Positions 11,463 to 23,453 of a stretch of 64,000 bases of DNA are shown piece by piece (within the stretch, counting starts at the first letter, position 1; every line of letters begins with the position of its first letter). Origin of the DNA: Klebsormidium nitens (lineage: Eukaryota > Plantae > Klebsormidiophyceae); NCBI GenBank assembly GCA_000708835.1, contig DF237415.1:1-64000 (forward strand), read 5' to 3'. Position numbers and translations under genes: made by a program. The notes under the pieces are model-generated. The model was not told the origin of the DNA and made no database searches. It saw only the letters and a list, made by a program, of their open reading frames with translations.

Positions 11463-12853
11463 ACCTCCTACTACGTACCTACCGTGGTACGCGCGTCGCC
11501 GGCTGGCTGAACAGAGAAAAGGATTGAGAACATATCATACATGTAACGTTCGGCCGACCCGAGTCTGTTTGGAGGATTGGGTTAAAGATAACTGATAACG
11601 TGGGGAGGTGGATTGCCTTCAAAGTTCAATCGACAGCTGATGCTGCGCAGTGCGCAACCGAGGTGAAGTTACCTCCACCCAGTCATCATTTGATTAGCCA
11701 ATAATGTCAATTTTCTGGTTGCCTGAATCTCCGGCTTCGGAGTCCCAACCGGCGAGAACTTGGGCAGCTCGGCGGGTACGGAAGGTACGTCCGCCCATTG
11801 GCAAGAGTCCTGAGTCCTGTGTACTTGATAGATGTTAGGCCTGCATATTAGTGTTTTTAAATATATTATTGCGAGCATGCATACTTACCTGCGAACCTTT
11901 TCAATCGAGCAGACACCGGCTCTATATGTTTCACAACATTGCCAGGGCACTCTCCATGTTGACCGGACTACCGTATCTGATCCGATCATGTCATCCACGT
12001 TTTTAAGCAGCCTGCCCTTACTTCCATACTTGGCAAGCACGCTCTGTAGCTGTGCATTGCGACTTAGCTGTTCAGATGAAATAGGTATAGTACGCGTTCC
12101 ATGTTGGACTATCTCACCTGACGACGAGTTAACCAAGCATACACGAACCATGGTTCGTTTCTATTTGCACATTCATCCACAACATGCACCTTCATTGAAC
12201 TTTAGAAGGCGACTTTCAGGGTATTTCGACGACTCGGCTCATATCTAGGAGTGCACGTGTTGAGAGGAAAGATCAGCTCGCTCTAGAATCAGTCTACCCA
12301 CATACACGTTTGTTGACACGGAACGGGTAGGATCATTTAAAGGCAAGCATTGATGATCAACAGGCCGCAAAGGAAGATCTGAGGAAACTCTTTCTTGTAT
12401 GTAGTCGGGGTAGACATCAAATTCCTCGAAACTCCCGCTTCCCCAAATCAGGACGAATCTTGGGCTAAGTCGTCCCCTCTGCCGGCGATCGTTGCCGGCT
12501 GTTCTAGAGGGTCGCTAAACATTTACTGTGCACGTATGCAACACGGATCCCCAAGAGTGCCTGCCCCGTTGGGCGCATCAACCGTCGCTCGCCGGTTGTG
12601 GTCTTCATTGCCCGCTCCTGGTGCCCCCTCGATGCCAAGTCAGCCGGCCTCCTGCACGAACTAACGGGAGGCTCAACGAGAATGGGCAGCCCGCCGTGCT
12701 GGCTGCTGATCGACGCCCCGATCACACGTGCGCGAATCTGTTGCGAATGCGAGTACGACGCCCAGAGTGGTTGCGAGCAGCTACGCTCCAGGCGGACAGA
12801 TCGGTGACTCCTCCTGATCCGAGCGGCCACCCTCTGCCACCCAGAGTGCGCCC

Positions 12854-15800
12854 TCACCCGGAGGCACCGTCCGCACTCAGATCACCTCCTCGTAGCACCT
12901 GAGCGCAGGCACACAGGTCGGGGCACAAGGTATCCCCGGCTTCGCGCTTCCCCAGCTTGCCCCCCTGCCTACTCCGGTTGGCTGTTGACCCGGTCGCTCT
13001 GCTGGGGGTGGCTGGCGAGGGGGGTCCCTCTCACCTGGTGTGGCGGCGTGCCTGCCCCGCCTGGCGGAGTGCCGTTGCCGGTGCGCTGCCGGTGTGGGCC
13101 GCCCTGCTGCCGCTCCGCCTCCAGCCACTGAATGTGCTCCCGCAGCGCGCCCACGTCCTGCACCCGCGCCGCGCGCCCAGGCCACGTCAGCCACAGCAAG
13201 GCGCAGGCGGCCAGGATGCACGGGGTGGTGAGGCGAGAGGGGCCTTTGGCGCAGCGAGGGGGGGCTACCGCCTGCCGGGCTGCTCACCTCGTCTGCTGCG
13301 GCAAGCTGAACCTCTGCGGCCAGGTCGCGGCTGAGGCGGGGGCCGGGCCTGCAAAGGGGCAGCAGCGCGGCGGGGTGAGGAGGAAGCACGCGCCGCTGGC
13401 AGGGGCGGCCCGAGGCGCGCCGGGCAGGGGGCAGGCAGACAGGGGCGACGGGGGGCGGTCGCGCCCAGCCTCGCTGCCGCCTGAGCCTGCAGCGGAGGGG
13501 TGCAGAAGCTGGCGCGGGGCGGGCTCACTGCGGGGAGTGGCCCGGGTGCAGCGCGGCGGCGATGATGGCCTCCTGCTCGCCAATGATGGCGCGCGCCGCG
13601 GCCAGCTGCGCGTCCAGCTCCAGCTCGCGCTCGCTCGCCTCGTCCTCCGCGGCGCAGCTCGCCAGCGCCGCCATACGCTCCTGCGCCACCAGCGCCGCAC
13701 GCATCAGGTGTGCAGCACGGCATGGGGGCGGCTGTGAGGACACGGAGCAGAGCGGGTGGCGGGGCAGGCAGGGGGGGACCGAGCAGGCAGGCGAGCGGGG
13801 CAGACCTGGAGAGACGCCATCTTGGCGCGGAGGCTGTGCTCGATGCGGTCGCGCGCGAGGGGATACGGCATGTCGAACACGTCCTGCACACAGGCACGCC
13901 CCGCACGCCTCAGGCTCATTGCCAGGGGCCATCAAGCAGCACCTTGCGAGCATCGCCCGAGCGCTCTCAAGGAGAACGACTCATGTTTCAACCGGGGACC
14001 ACTGTGGAAAGTGGACCTTGCAAAGTTTGAGGTTTTGAAGAACACAACTCAGTGATCGTTGCACGCCGAAGCCAGGACTTCGCACCGAGTCCGACTTTCG
14101 CAACGTCATCCCGTTAACAACTCTCTCGTTCAAATGAAGACTCGGGCTCCATGACCCGGCTCAGCCGAGTGTGTCACAGGCTGCGCTCAAAGGCGCCATG
14201 CGGGGCCGCATCGCAGCAGCGGCGCCTCACCAGGCGGCCCTTGAGCGGGGTGTCGCTGGGCGTGGCCGCGCCGGGGCTGCTGGCGCCGCCCTCGTGGCCG
14301 CGCACCAGCCGCTGCATGTCCTCCTGCAGACACCCACGCGATGTGAGAAGGGGCAGCGACTGCGCCGCCCGCTGGTCCAGCAGGGGGAGGGGGAGGCTGG
14401 CGAGTCAGCAGAGGCGAGCGGATGGGGGGGGAGTGGCACACCCGGTGGGTTGCACGTACCTGGAGGGTGCGCAGCGAGTCCTTGAGCGCGGCGTTCTCCG
14501 CGGTGAGCTCCTGCTTCTTGGCCTCGTACGCGTCCACCTGCAAGCAGCACACCGCCACCGCAGCTCACACACACAGCCCTGCGGGCAGCACGCAGGCGAC
14601 ACAGGGGGCATGCCAACGGCCAGGACAAGAGGGGCAAGTCCACGTGGGGCAGTGCCACAACGGAAGGGGATGGGCGACCCGGCAGATGTGCACGGGGAAA
14701 GGGTCTGGGGCCGGCCCACTGACAATCATCTTGTAGAAGTCGCCGTCGGCCTTCTTGCCGTCCCACGTGCCGCGCTGCCGGCCGCCCTTCTGCGCAGCGC
14801 ACAAGGGGCCCAGCGTCAGCACAGCGGGTGGGCCAGCCTGGAGGCCAAGCAGAGCCGCAGGGCCTGCGGAGGGAGGGGGTGCACGCACAAGACGCGTCCG
14901 TGCAGGGGGGCCCCTCACCTGCAGCAGCGTCATAATCTCCATGCCCCCCCCGCCCAGCTTCTCCTTCTTCTCCGCCATCAGCACGCTCAGCCGCTCCTGA
15001 ACACACCCAGCCCGGGTCGCACACTCAGACAGCGAACGAGAGGGGGAAGGGCCGCTGTGCGCCTGCCAGCATCTTTGCAGTCTTTGCGGAAGCCTTCTGG
15101 CGATAGTTGTGTAGGATCCGGAGGCGGGGTGCAGGCGCGCTGACCTGGAGGCGAGCGTAGTGGCCCTCCTTCTTGCGCAGCTCGTGCTGTAGCTGCGCCT
15201 GCCGTTGCTGCACACACCAAAGCACACACGACACCGCTCAAGCAGAGCAGCAGCATCAGGCGGAAGATAGCCGTGCCCAGGCAGCAGCGCGCATGGGGGG
15301 AGGCCCTCTGCCCATGGCGGCCAGGGCTGCCCCGAAGGAGCCGTGCCCAGGACCACGGCGACAGCTCTTGGCGCGGCGCCTCTGCCCGCGCGGTGGTGCG
15401 CACCTGGAGGCCGGTGGCGATGCGGTGGAACTCGTCCCGCTCGTCCTTCATCTTGTCCAGTGCCGCCTTGCCCGCCGCCGCCGCCTTCTGCTCCTGCACA
15501 CAGTCGCCCTCGCACAGCTTCAGGCAGGGGTTTGTAGTTTGTAGTTTGTAGCGCAGCGCTAAGCCGGAGCAGGGCAGCAGAGCAAGGGGAGCCCGCAGCT
15601 GCAACTCGCTTGGGCTGCGCCTCCCGTTGGCGTACCTTGGTGACCGCAGCGGCCAGGTCGCGCTCCCGCGCCTCCAGCTGGGCCTGCAACCGCTGCACGC
15701 GCGCCTCGCAGCGGCTCAGGTCAGCCGCCAGCCTGCAGCGCACATACACACACCCGCAGTGAGGCAGCATTTGGCCGCGTTCCAGCCGCAAACTCTCTTG

Positions 15801-16930
15801 GCACCCATCAGGAGCACACGAGGCCGCTCAGCAGCGGCGCCCGCTGGCAGCCCTGCCAGAGATGCGCGGCAGGCCAGCCCCGGCGCCATGCGGTGGACTG
15901 AAAGGGGATTTGCGCGCAGGGCTGGGGCCTGGGGGCGCACCTGTGGCGCTGCTCCGCGGCGCTGTCCCGAAAGTCCACGTCCCGCTGCCGCTGCTGCAGG
16001 AGGGAGTACACGCAGTTGCATACCGCCGCTGCGGCGTCCTGCAAACAACAGCAGCAACGACAGGGGGCCACGCTCAGGCAAGGCAGGGGGGACAAGGTGG
16101 GGGGCAGCGACCAGCGGGCAGAGCCAAGGAGGGAGATGGCGCGCAGGCACAGGCACGGGGAGTGACCATGAATTCCTAAGGGAATCCCACCGGTGTGAGG
16201 AGTTGCAGCGGGGCCGGGTGGCGCCTCACCGCATCGTAGGCTTGCAGGGGCAGCGCGGGAAAGCCCGCAGCAGCCAGGCTCTGGTTGAGGTACCGACAGC
16301 AGCTCTCAATGTTGCCGCCGTCCGCAAATTCGTCCTTTCTGCACGCACACAAGGCACAACCATGGAGCTGCACCTTCGGGAGAGTATGGAAACCTCGGGC
16401 TGCCCGGGAGCAAGACAAGGAGGGGGCAAATGCCCGGGGGGCCTCCCTTCAAGACATGAGCTGGTAGGGAGAATGGGGCGCACCTAGTGAGGGCCATGAT
16501 ACTGGCTGCTGGATGAGCTTGATCGTCCTGCAAGCAAGGGGACCTCATGTCAAAGAGGCAGGGCCAGGCCGCGGGAGCGTCTTCTATAGGCAGTGACGTC
16601 GGTGACAGATGCAGTGTTCAGGAGGGCACCAACAAAGTGCTTCAGTGATCTGGCAATTGAGATCCTCCAAGCCTCCAGAGTGCTTGCTCTGCCCAGGCTG
16701 GGCTCAGCACTGGCGTCAGCCTGGTGCTGGCAGCGACAGGGGGCGGGCCACGCAGGAGAGCTGCGCCCCCCTCTCCTGGGCCACATTACGGCAATGCCAG
16801 TGCTGGGCAGGCCCGCAGAGGACAGCCCCCCCGGCGTCTGCAAGGAGCCGCCCGTGCTCACCAGGTGGGCCATCATGGCATTCTCCGCTGCAGGAAAAAG
16901 GGCCTCCTCCGCCAGCGGCCGCAGGGCCAT
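12854..16930 (-). CDS. MSD1: Afadin/alpha-actinin-binding (MSD1/SSX2IP family) coiled-coil microtubule-anchoring protein; many exons; stop position approximate
   Basis: Spliced peptides DEFADGGNIESCCRYLNQSLAAAGFP, VCNCVYSLLQQRQRDVDFRDSA, GMEIMTLLQKGGRQRGTWDGKKADGDFYKMIVDAYEAKKQELTAEN, DVFDMPYPLARDRIEHSLRAKMASL and ERELELDAQL closely follow the plant MSD1 family as I recall it. Intron phases of the first exons are consistent. Confidence 0.85.
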
Positions 16931-17530
16931 TACACGATCGCGTGTTTGGTCCGCGTGGTCAACATCTAAGCTTCTTGCCTCAGCGAGCTACTCCACCCAA
17001 GGTTGAAACTTGATGGAGAGTCTCCAGGACCAGCGGAATCTGTTCAAAACTTCGTCGTTGGACTCGAAAGAAAGGAGCGGGCAAGACTTCTACCCGCCTC
17101 AGAATCAGATTGCATGGCAGCAACTTGTGAGTTTGAAGACTTCAATTTCAACTCCAACGGAGTCCAAGTTCTCAAGCGAGCAGTAAATTTGTGCTCGCTT
17201 CAACAGTCAACTTGCTTAAATACGGTAGTAGGATTCTGCCTGCCTCGCCGTTTTCCCGGCGTTTGGAGTAGCAGCCACATTCTACGGTATACACCCTAGT
17301 ACCTACACCGAAATGTAAACTAGAAACTGGCTCATGCATGCATTCCACTTTTTGCCTAATGCTTGCATAATATATCAAGCAATACAGCCAGCACTGATCT
17401 GTTGCAGCGTATGGCCGGCAACGTAGAGAGTTTTGGGCGCGCTTCTCCCCCCTCCGTTCTGCACGATCGTGAAATTGAACAAAGCCAGTGAAATTGTTGA
17501 GTTCACCCTCAAGCAGGCTCCGCTGCATCT

Positions 17531-20500
17531 ATGGCGGCGGGCAGCGGCGTCCCTCCTGATAACACTCTGCCGCTGCTGCAGTTTGTGCCGTGGCAGAGTG
17601 CAGTGGATGTGGGCTTCTGGCAGAAGCTGGCTGCGCGCAAGCTGGCGGAGCTGCGCCTGAGCGAGGCCGAGCAGCCGCTGGCGGGCCACTTCACCGCCAG
17701 CACCCACACACAGGTGAGCGCTGCGCCGCCTGCCCCTTAGCTGCGCCGGGCCCGCTGTGCTCCGCAACTGTGCCTTAGTGCTGTCCAGCGGTGCCCGCCC
17801 CGAGTGTGAGCAGCTGACTCATGCCTGTGGTCTGCCCTTCCCCTGCCAGCTGTCCTCCCCCCTCCACGTTGGCCCGGACGCCTGGGCTGGGGGCGTCAGT
17901 GAGGGCGCAGTGCGGGGGGGGCGTGCGGTGGCCCCTGGCTCGTGTGTGTTGACCAACACTCTGGACGGCTTCAAGCAAGCGGACAAGAAGGCCCTCCTGC
18001 AAGCCGCCGCCGCCAAGGTCTGCGCCCCACACCACCACCCTCTGCGGCCCCCCTGCCGTGCATCAGTAGGCTGCTCATCAGCCATGGTCAGTCAGTACTC
18101 TGGCGCTGTGCACCTGGTGCTTCCTCCCTGTTGTGGACTGTGCGGTCCCTCTGCGTGCCCCCTCCTTCTGACGCCCCCCCCCTGGTGCAGGTATGGGCCG
18201 CCATCGTGTCGGGCCAGGCGGAGCGGGACTCGGCCCTGCTCAACCGCTTCTTCCTCCTCACCTTTGCGGACCTCAAGAAATGGGACTTTGTCTACTGGTT
18301 TGCCTTCCCCGCTCTCGTCCTGCCCCACCCCGCGCGCGCTGCCCCGCTGCAGCCCGCCTCCACAGTGTACCCCCCCCCCTCGGGGAGGCCATGGCCCGCG
18401 CCTGCCTGGCCTGGAAGCAGGCGCCCCCGCCGGCCCCTCCCCCGGATGCAGTGGCCGGCCCTCCGGGTGACGCTGTCAGCGACCTGGCTGCGCGCTTGGA
18501 GGCCAGCAGCGTGGAGGATCCAGGGGACGTGGCGGCGGCCAGCGTCGGGGGGGGGAGCCCCTTCTTCCTGCTGCACTGTGCGGAGGGGGAGCAGGTCACC
18601 GCCCATTCCCTGGAGCACTGGAGCGCGCTGCAGCAGCAAGCGGGCACAGTGAGCACGCCACACTTCTTCTGTGCCTTGATAGGGGGTGACCTGCGGTGGG
18701 GGTCGCCGCTGTCGTCGGCGCGTGGGCCTGAGGGAGGGCTGCCCCCTGCTTGCTACCCGCACTCTGGCCTGGCTGCCGTGGTAAAGCCTGTTACCCTGGG
18801 CTCTGACCTGGGGTTCCGCTGGAGGAGTATGTGTACACTCTTCTTCCAAACGGCATTGCAGGTCTCTGCTTTCCGCGCTGTCTGCATTGATAGCTGGCCA
18901 TGCCTCCCCTGTTCTCCCTCTCCAGCCCGCCCGCCCCTCTCTGCTTCCCCTGACCCTGCGTCGCTCTGCCCCGCTGCCCCGCAGGTGGTGGCTGTGTATT
19001 TGGACCCGTGCCACCTGGCGTCCCACCCGGGGTGGCCCCTGCGCAACCTGCTGGCGCTGGCCGTGGTGCGCTGGCGCGTGCGCACGTTGCCCGTGCTGGC
19101 GCTCAAGGAGACCCGCGGCCGCCCCGACTGGGACCGCTCCCTCGCCACCACCGTGCACCTCCCGGACCTCCCGGGTCAGCCCCCCCCCGCCCCCCTCCTC
19201 CACGGAGCCCCTGCACGTCTTCCTTCTGGTGGCCCTTCACTGCGTGGCTTGGAAGCCCCACGGGGTCCGAGAGACTCGCAGGTATTCGAAGCCAGTGCGC
19301 ATTGAAGGTGGTGAGTAGTGGCGCTCTGCGCTTGGCTCCCCCTTCTGACCGCCAAGGTCCGTCTGTGCAGAGTGGCGTGCCACGGGCGCTCCCTGCCCTG
19401 CAGCAGTGGGGTGGGAGCGGTCAGCAGCGGGCGCCCTGGGTCCGCGCGTGGCGGCGCTGGGCGCGGCGCTGGACCCAGTCCAGCTGGCGGGCGCGGCGGT
19501 GGACCTCAACCTGCAGCTCATGCGCTGGCGGCTGCTGCCCAGCCTGGACCTGCCGCGCCTCACCGCCACGCGCTGCCTCCTCCTTGGCACAGGCACGCTG
19601 GGCTGCGCGGTGGCGCGCACCCTGCTCGCGTGGGGCGTCAGGGACATCACGCTCGTCGACAGGTGAGGCCCTCCCTGCAGCTGGTTCCAACAGGAGGGCA
19701 GGCCAGGCCTGGCCGCTGCATCTTCCCCCCAATCCGAGACCCCGCCGCCTCCGCTGCTCCCCGGAGAGGGTTCGACCATTTTTCACCAACTTTCTATCCT
19801 CTTTCGAAAACACTGAATTCCTTCCGGCGACACGTCATGGTTCTGATATGTGCTATGCCAGTGGTCAATTTACGAACATCATAGTTTCTCCGGCATCGAA
19901 GATCGGAGCGAAACCATGTCCAGAAGACAAGTTTTACGAGAGATGACGTTGAGTCGCAACCATAAGCATTTCTGCGGCTCAGACTGATTTTCCCGAATTT
20001 CGGTCGGAGTCTATGACGGCAAAGTGTCAAGTGTGTTCCTATCCGTACGTACCACGTAATCGCATGTGGTGTATGCCGTATATGGTGGTGCTTTTGCCGC
20101 CTCTAAGGGGCCTCCGAGTAATGGAAACTTAGTCTCAACACTGAAACGTCAGCAAACGTCATCTTGGGTACAACTCACAACGAAGCAAAACACGGTTAGT
20201 TTAATGCGAACCCTTCCCTGGTCTGACTGACTGTCGCTTCCTGTTCGTCTCGTCGGCCGCAGCGGCGTGGTGTCCTTTTCCAACCCAGTGCGGCAGTCTC
20301 TGTTCACGCACGCCGACTGCCTGGCCGGGGGCCGCCCCAAGGCGGAGGCTGCGGCGGCCGCTCTGCGCGCCATCTTCCCGGGGGCGCAGGCCAGCGGGGT
20401 GCGGCTGAGCATCCCCATGCCGGGCCACGCGGTGGGCGCACGCGAGGCGCCCGCCGTGCTGGCGGCGTGCGCGCAGCTGGAGCAGCTCATACAAACGAGC

Positions 20501-21722
20501 GACGCGGTGTTCCTGCTCACCGACACGCGCGAGTCGCGCTGGCTGCCCACGCTCCTGGCCGCCGCCCACAACAAGGTGCAATTGTGACGCCGATACCCCC
20601 TGCTTCCGCAATCATGCAGGATTGTCCAGTTTTCAGGGCTCCCGGGTTGTTGGCAACCACTTGAGGGCGCGCTGCCTGCCGCCTGACGGTGGCCGCCCCG
20701 CGCTGCAGCTGGCCATCAACGCTGCGCTCGGCTTCGACACCTTCCTCGTCATGCGCCACGGGGCAGGCCCCCTGGCTGCCCCCCCGCCGGCTCCCTCTGC
20801 GGACGCGCCTGCCGCGGCTGGGGCGGCGGCTCCGCCCCTGCGCCTGGGCTGCTACTTCTGCAACGACGTCGTGGCGCCCCTCGACTCCACGGCCGGCAGG
20901 ACACTCGACCAGCAGTGCACGGTGAGCAGCCGCCAAGCCACGCCCGCTGGGCCCCGCCCGCCGGCCGGCACGCGCAGGGACAACAATAATGGGCGGGAAC
21001 ATGGTTCCATGCGGCACCGCTCGTGCTGACGGCTGGTGTGCTGTCCGCAGGTGACGCGGCCCGGGCTGGCCCCCATGGCTGCGGCGCTCGCGGTGGAGCT
21101 GCTGGTGGCCCTGCGCCACCACCCCGCCGGCCTGCACGCCCCCGCTGACAGCACGCCCCCGGGGGCCGCCTTCCCGGCCGGGGCTACGGCGCAGCCCCTC
21201 GGCCTCGTGCCGCACCAGGTGCGCCTCGCCGTGTTCCGCCATCCGGCATTCTGGCATGCATGCGGCCTCCCGGCCTGCCTCGTGTGCGCGGCCTGCCAGC
21301 GCGGATGACCGCAGCTGAGCCGGGCGGCCGCGGCGTGCAGGTGCGCGGCTTCCTGGCCTTCTTCTCGCAGCTGCTGGTGACGGGCCACGCCTTCGACAAG
21401 TGCACCGCCTGCTCCGCGGCCGTCGTGCGCGAGTACCACCACCGCGGGCCCGACTTCCTGCTCCAGGTCAGCCCGCCCCGCGCCCCCTCCGCCCCACACA
21501 GCACCGTCAGATGAGGCACCCCCCACTGCCTCGCCCGGACGGACTGCTGTGACCGGCGCCACGGTGCGTTGCCTGACCCCGCGCCCGGCGATGCAGGCGT
21601 TCAACACGCCGACGTTCCTGGAGGACCTGACGGGCCTCACCGCGCTGCGGGCCGCCACAGACGAGCTGCTCGCGGAGTGGGAGGCAGGCGACGACTCCGC
21701 AGCCGACGCCGACGACTTCTAG
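17531..21722 (+). CDS. ATG7: Autophagy E1-like activating enzyme ATG7 (spliced; apparent frameshift at poly-C 18370-18379)
   Basis: [67 protein letters not shown] (ThiF GxGxxG), [23 protein letters not shown], catalytic [18 protein letters not shown]. Stop TAG at 21720-21722. Confidence 0.96.
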
Positions 21723-23453
21723 GGGGCCCCCTTTGCGCAAACGGCACCGCAGAGCGGCTGGAGCGGCTCCGCAGCATCCGGCTCGGCCGACCCGGGCTTT
21801 GGCCCTCAGTGAACTTGGTGCAAAGCGTTCGTTCTGAATGAGGAGATTCCTCATCGTTCGCCATGGGTACTTGCTCGGCGCAATTATCATCTGCGAACGT
21901 CTTCTGCTCTCAATGATGCCCGCGATCCAGCGGGTTGTGCAGGCTTGCCTCCCTTGCGTCATGGACGACGTCGACCCACCCCCGACTGCCCTGGAAGGGT
22001 GCAGCGCACCCGGCTGCCTAGTCAGCGGGCCGGGACAAGAAGCTTCACTCCTGGGCGGATACCAAGGAACGCGAAAGGAATCTCGCCGATCATTGACCCT
22101 GCATGATGCTCGTCATGCAGCCGCGCTGTGCTTGCATGAACGAAAGCAATATTGTATCAACGGGGTGACGAATGCTTGGCTTGAAATTTGCTTCCGAGCA
22201 GGCCGTAGAGCCATGCTGTCTACGCGGACGGAAGTGATGGCAATCTGAAAAGACAAACGTTCGCAGCGAGCCCCTTACCAATCTATATACCCGGCCCGTT
22301 AGGCCCAGCAGCCGCAACCTCAACTCAACAAAACATCAGAGCACTGTGTACATTAACACTCTTTACAGAATGAAAGGTGGTCACCCGTGTCTGCTTCTAC
22401 ATACTTTATACGGAATTTATGGCAATGACATATGTTGCAAGTAAGGTTCAAGTCTCTTTCTAAGGTTTCTCTTTGCGACACCGCGCATTGACTGAAGTCA
22501 GATGTGCGAACAAGCCTCTACATTCCGGATGCTGCTGATCGAGTGGGCATGTGGCCTGGCTAATTCATGTATGACGGTCTATACGCCTCCTGATCTGCTT
22601 TAGCTGCATGCATGACAGATTACGCGGCACGGGCTGATCGGCTGTACACGTATACCGGCGTCTAAGTTAAAATGATACATGAAACAGATTGGTGGCCGAA
22701 CGTGACTATATTAGTCACTGCTCATGTGCATGCATGCCAGCACATGTGTGCGCTTTTTGTATGAACCATCCAAGCGGTCGGATCGTCAGTCGGACGTCAG
22801 GTCCAACTTGAGCGAGCGGCGTCGGGGACTATCTCGCCGCAATCACTGAGAAATGGTGTTGGCAACCTTCAATTTTCAAAATAGCTAGTCAGCGCGCTCA
22901 CTTGTGCGTACCTTCTAAAAATTGTCTAAGGAGAATCGATTCGATTCGTTGTGTCTCGGCCTTTCAATGGTCCATTTTTGTGGCCAGAACTGTTCGGTCG
23001 CGTGCCGAAGGTCCGGCTTCATATTCGCGCCTGCAGTACTGTTCCTAGCAAGAGCAACCTTCTCTGCCTAGTGCTGGCCGCCAGAGGCATGCGGTCGGCC
23101 CCCTGCAGCTCATTCAATGTACATGCCAAACCCAAGGTTCTTCGGCGGTCGCTCAATCATCCAGGGGGATCTGCACAACGACAGCCCCGCCATTACCCAG
23201 CCGCGGCAAACCGCACTCCCCCTTCAAGCGCATCCAAGGCCGCCACGAGCGCAAGTCAGGCTGCCTGCTCACCAGCTTTGCGGCTGGTGAGCAGGCAGCC
23301 TCGCCGTGCAAACCGACCGGTATGCGCTACACGGGCGGCAGCGGAGCCCCGGAGCCACACTGCCGTCATTGGGACTGCTGCGGCAGATGGCTTCAGGATG
23401 CGCATCGGGCAGGAGCTGCAGGCAGGGCGCGAGCCAGTGGGCAAGGGGGGGGC

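Noticed and set aside
10531-11595. 354-aa ORF, and similar ORFs at 28028-29497, 28146-29492 and 48621-49163
   Set aside because: Artefacts of reading through N gaps.
11885-12200. DEDDh exonuclease-like reading of VRVCLVNSSSGEIV
   Set aside because: The Exo I-III acidic residues are not found in frame.
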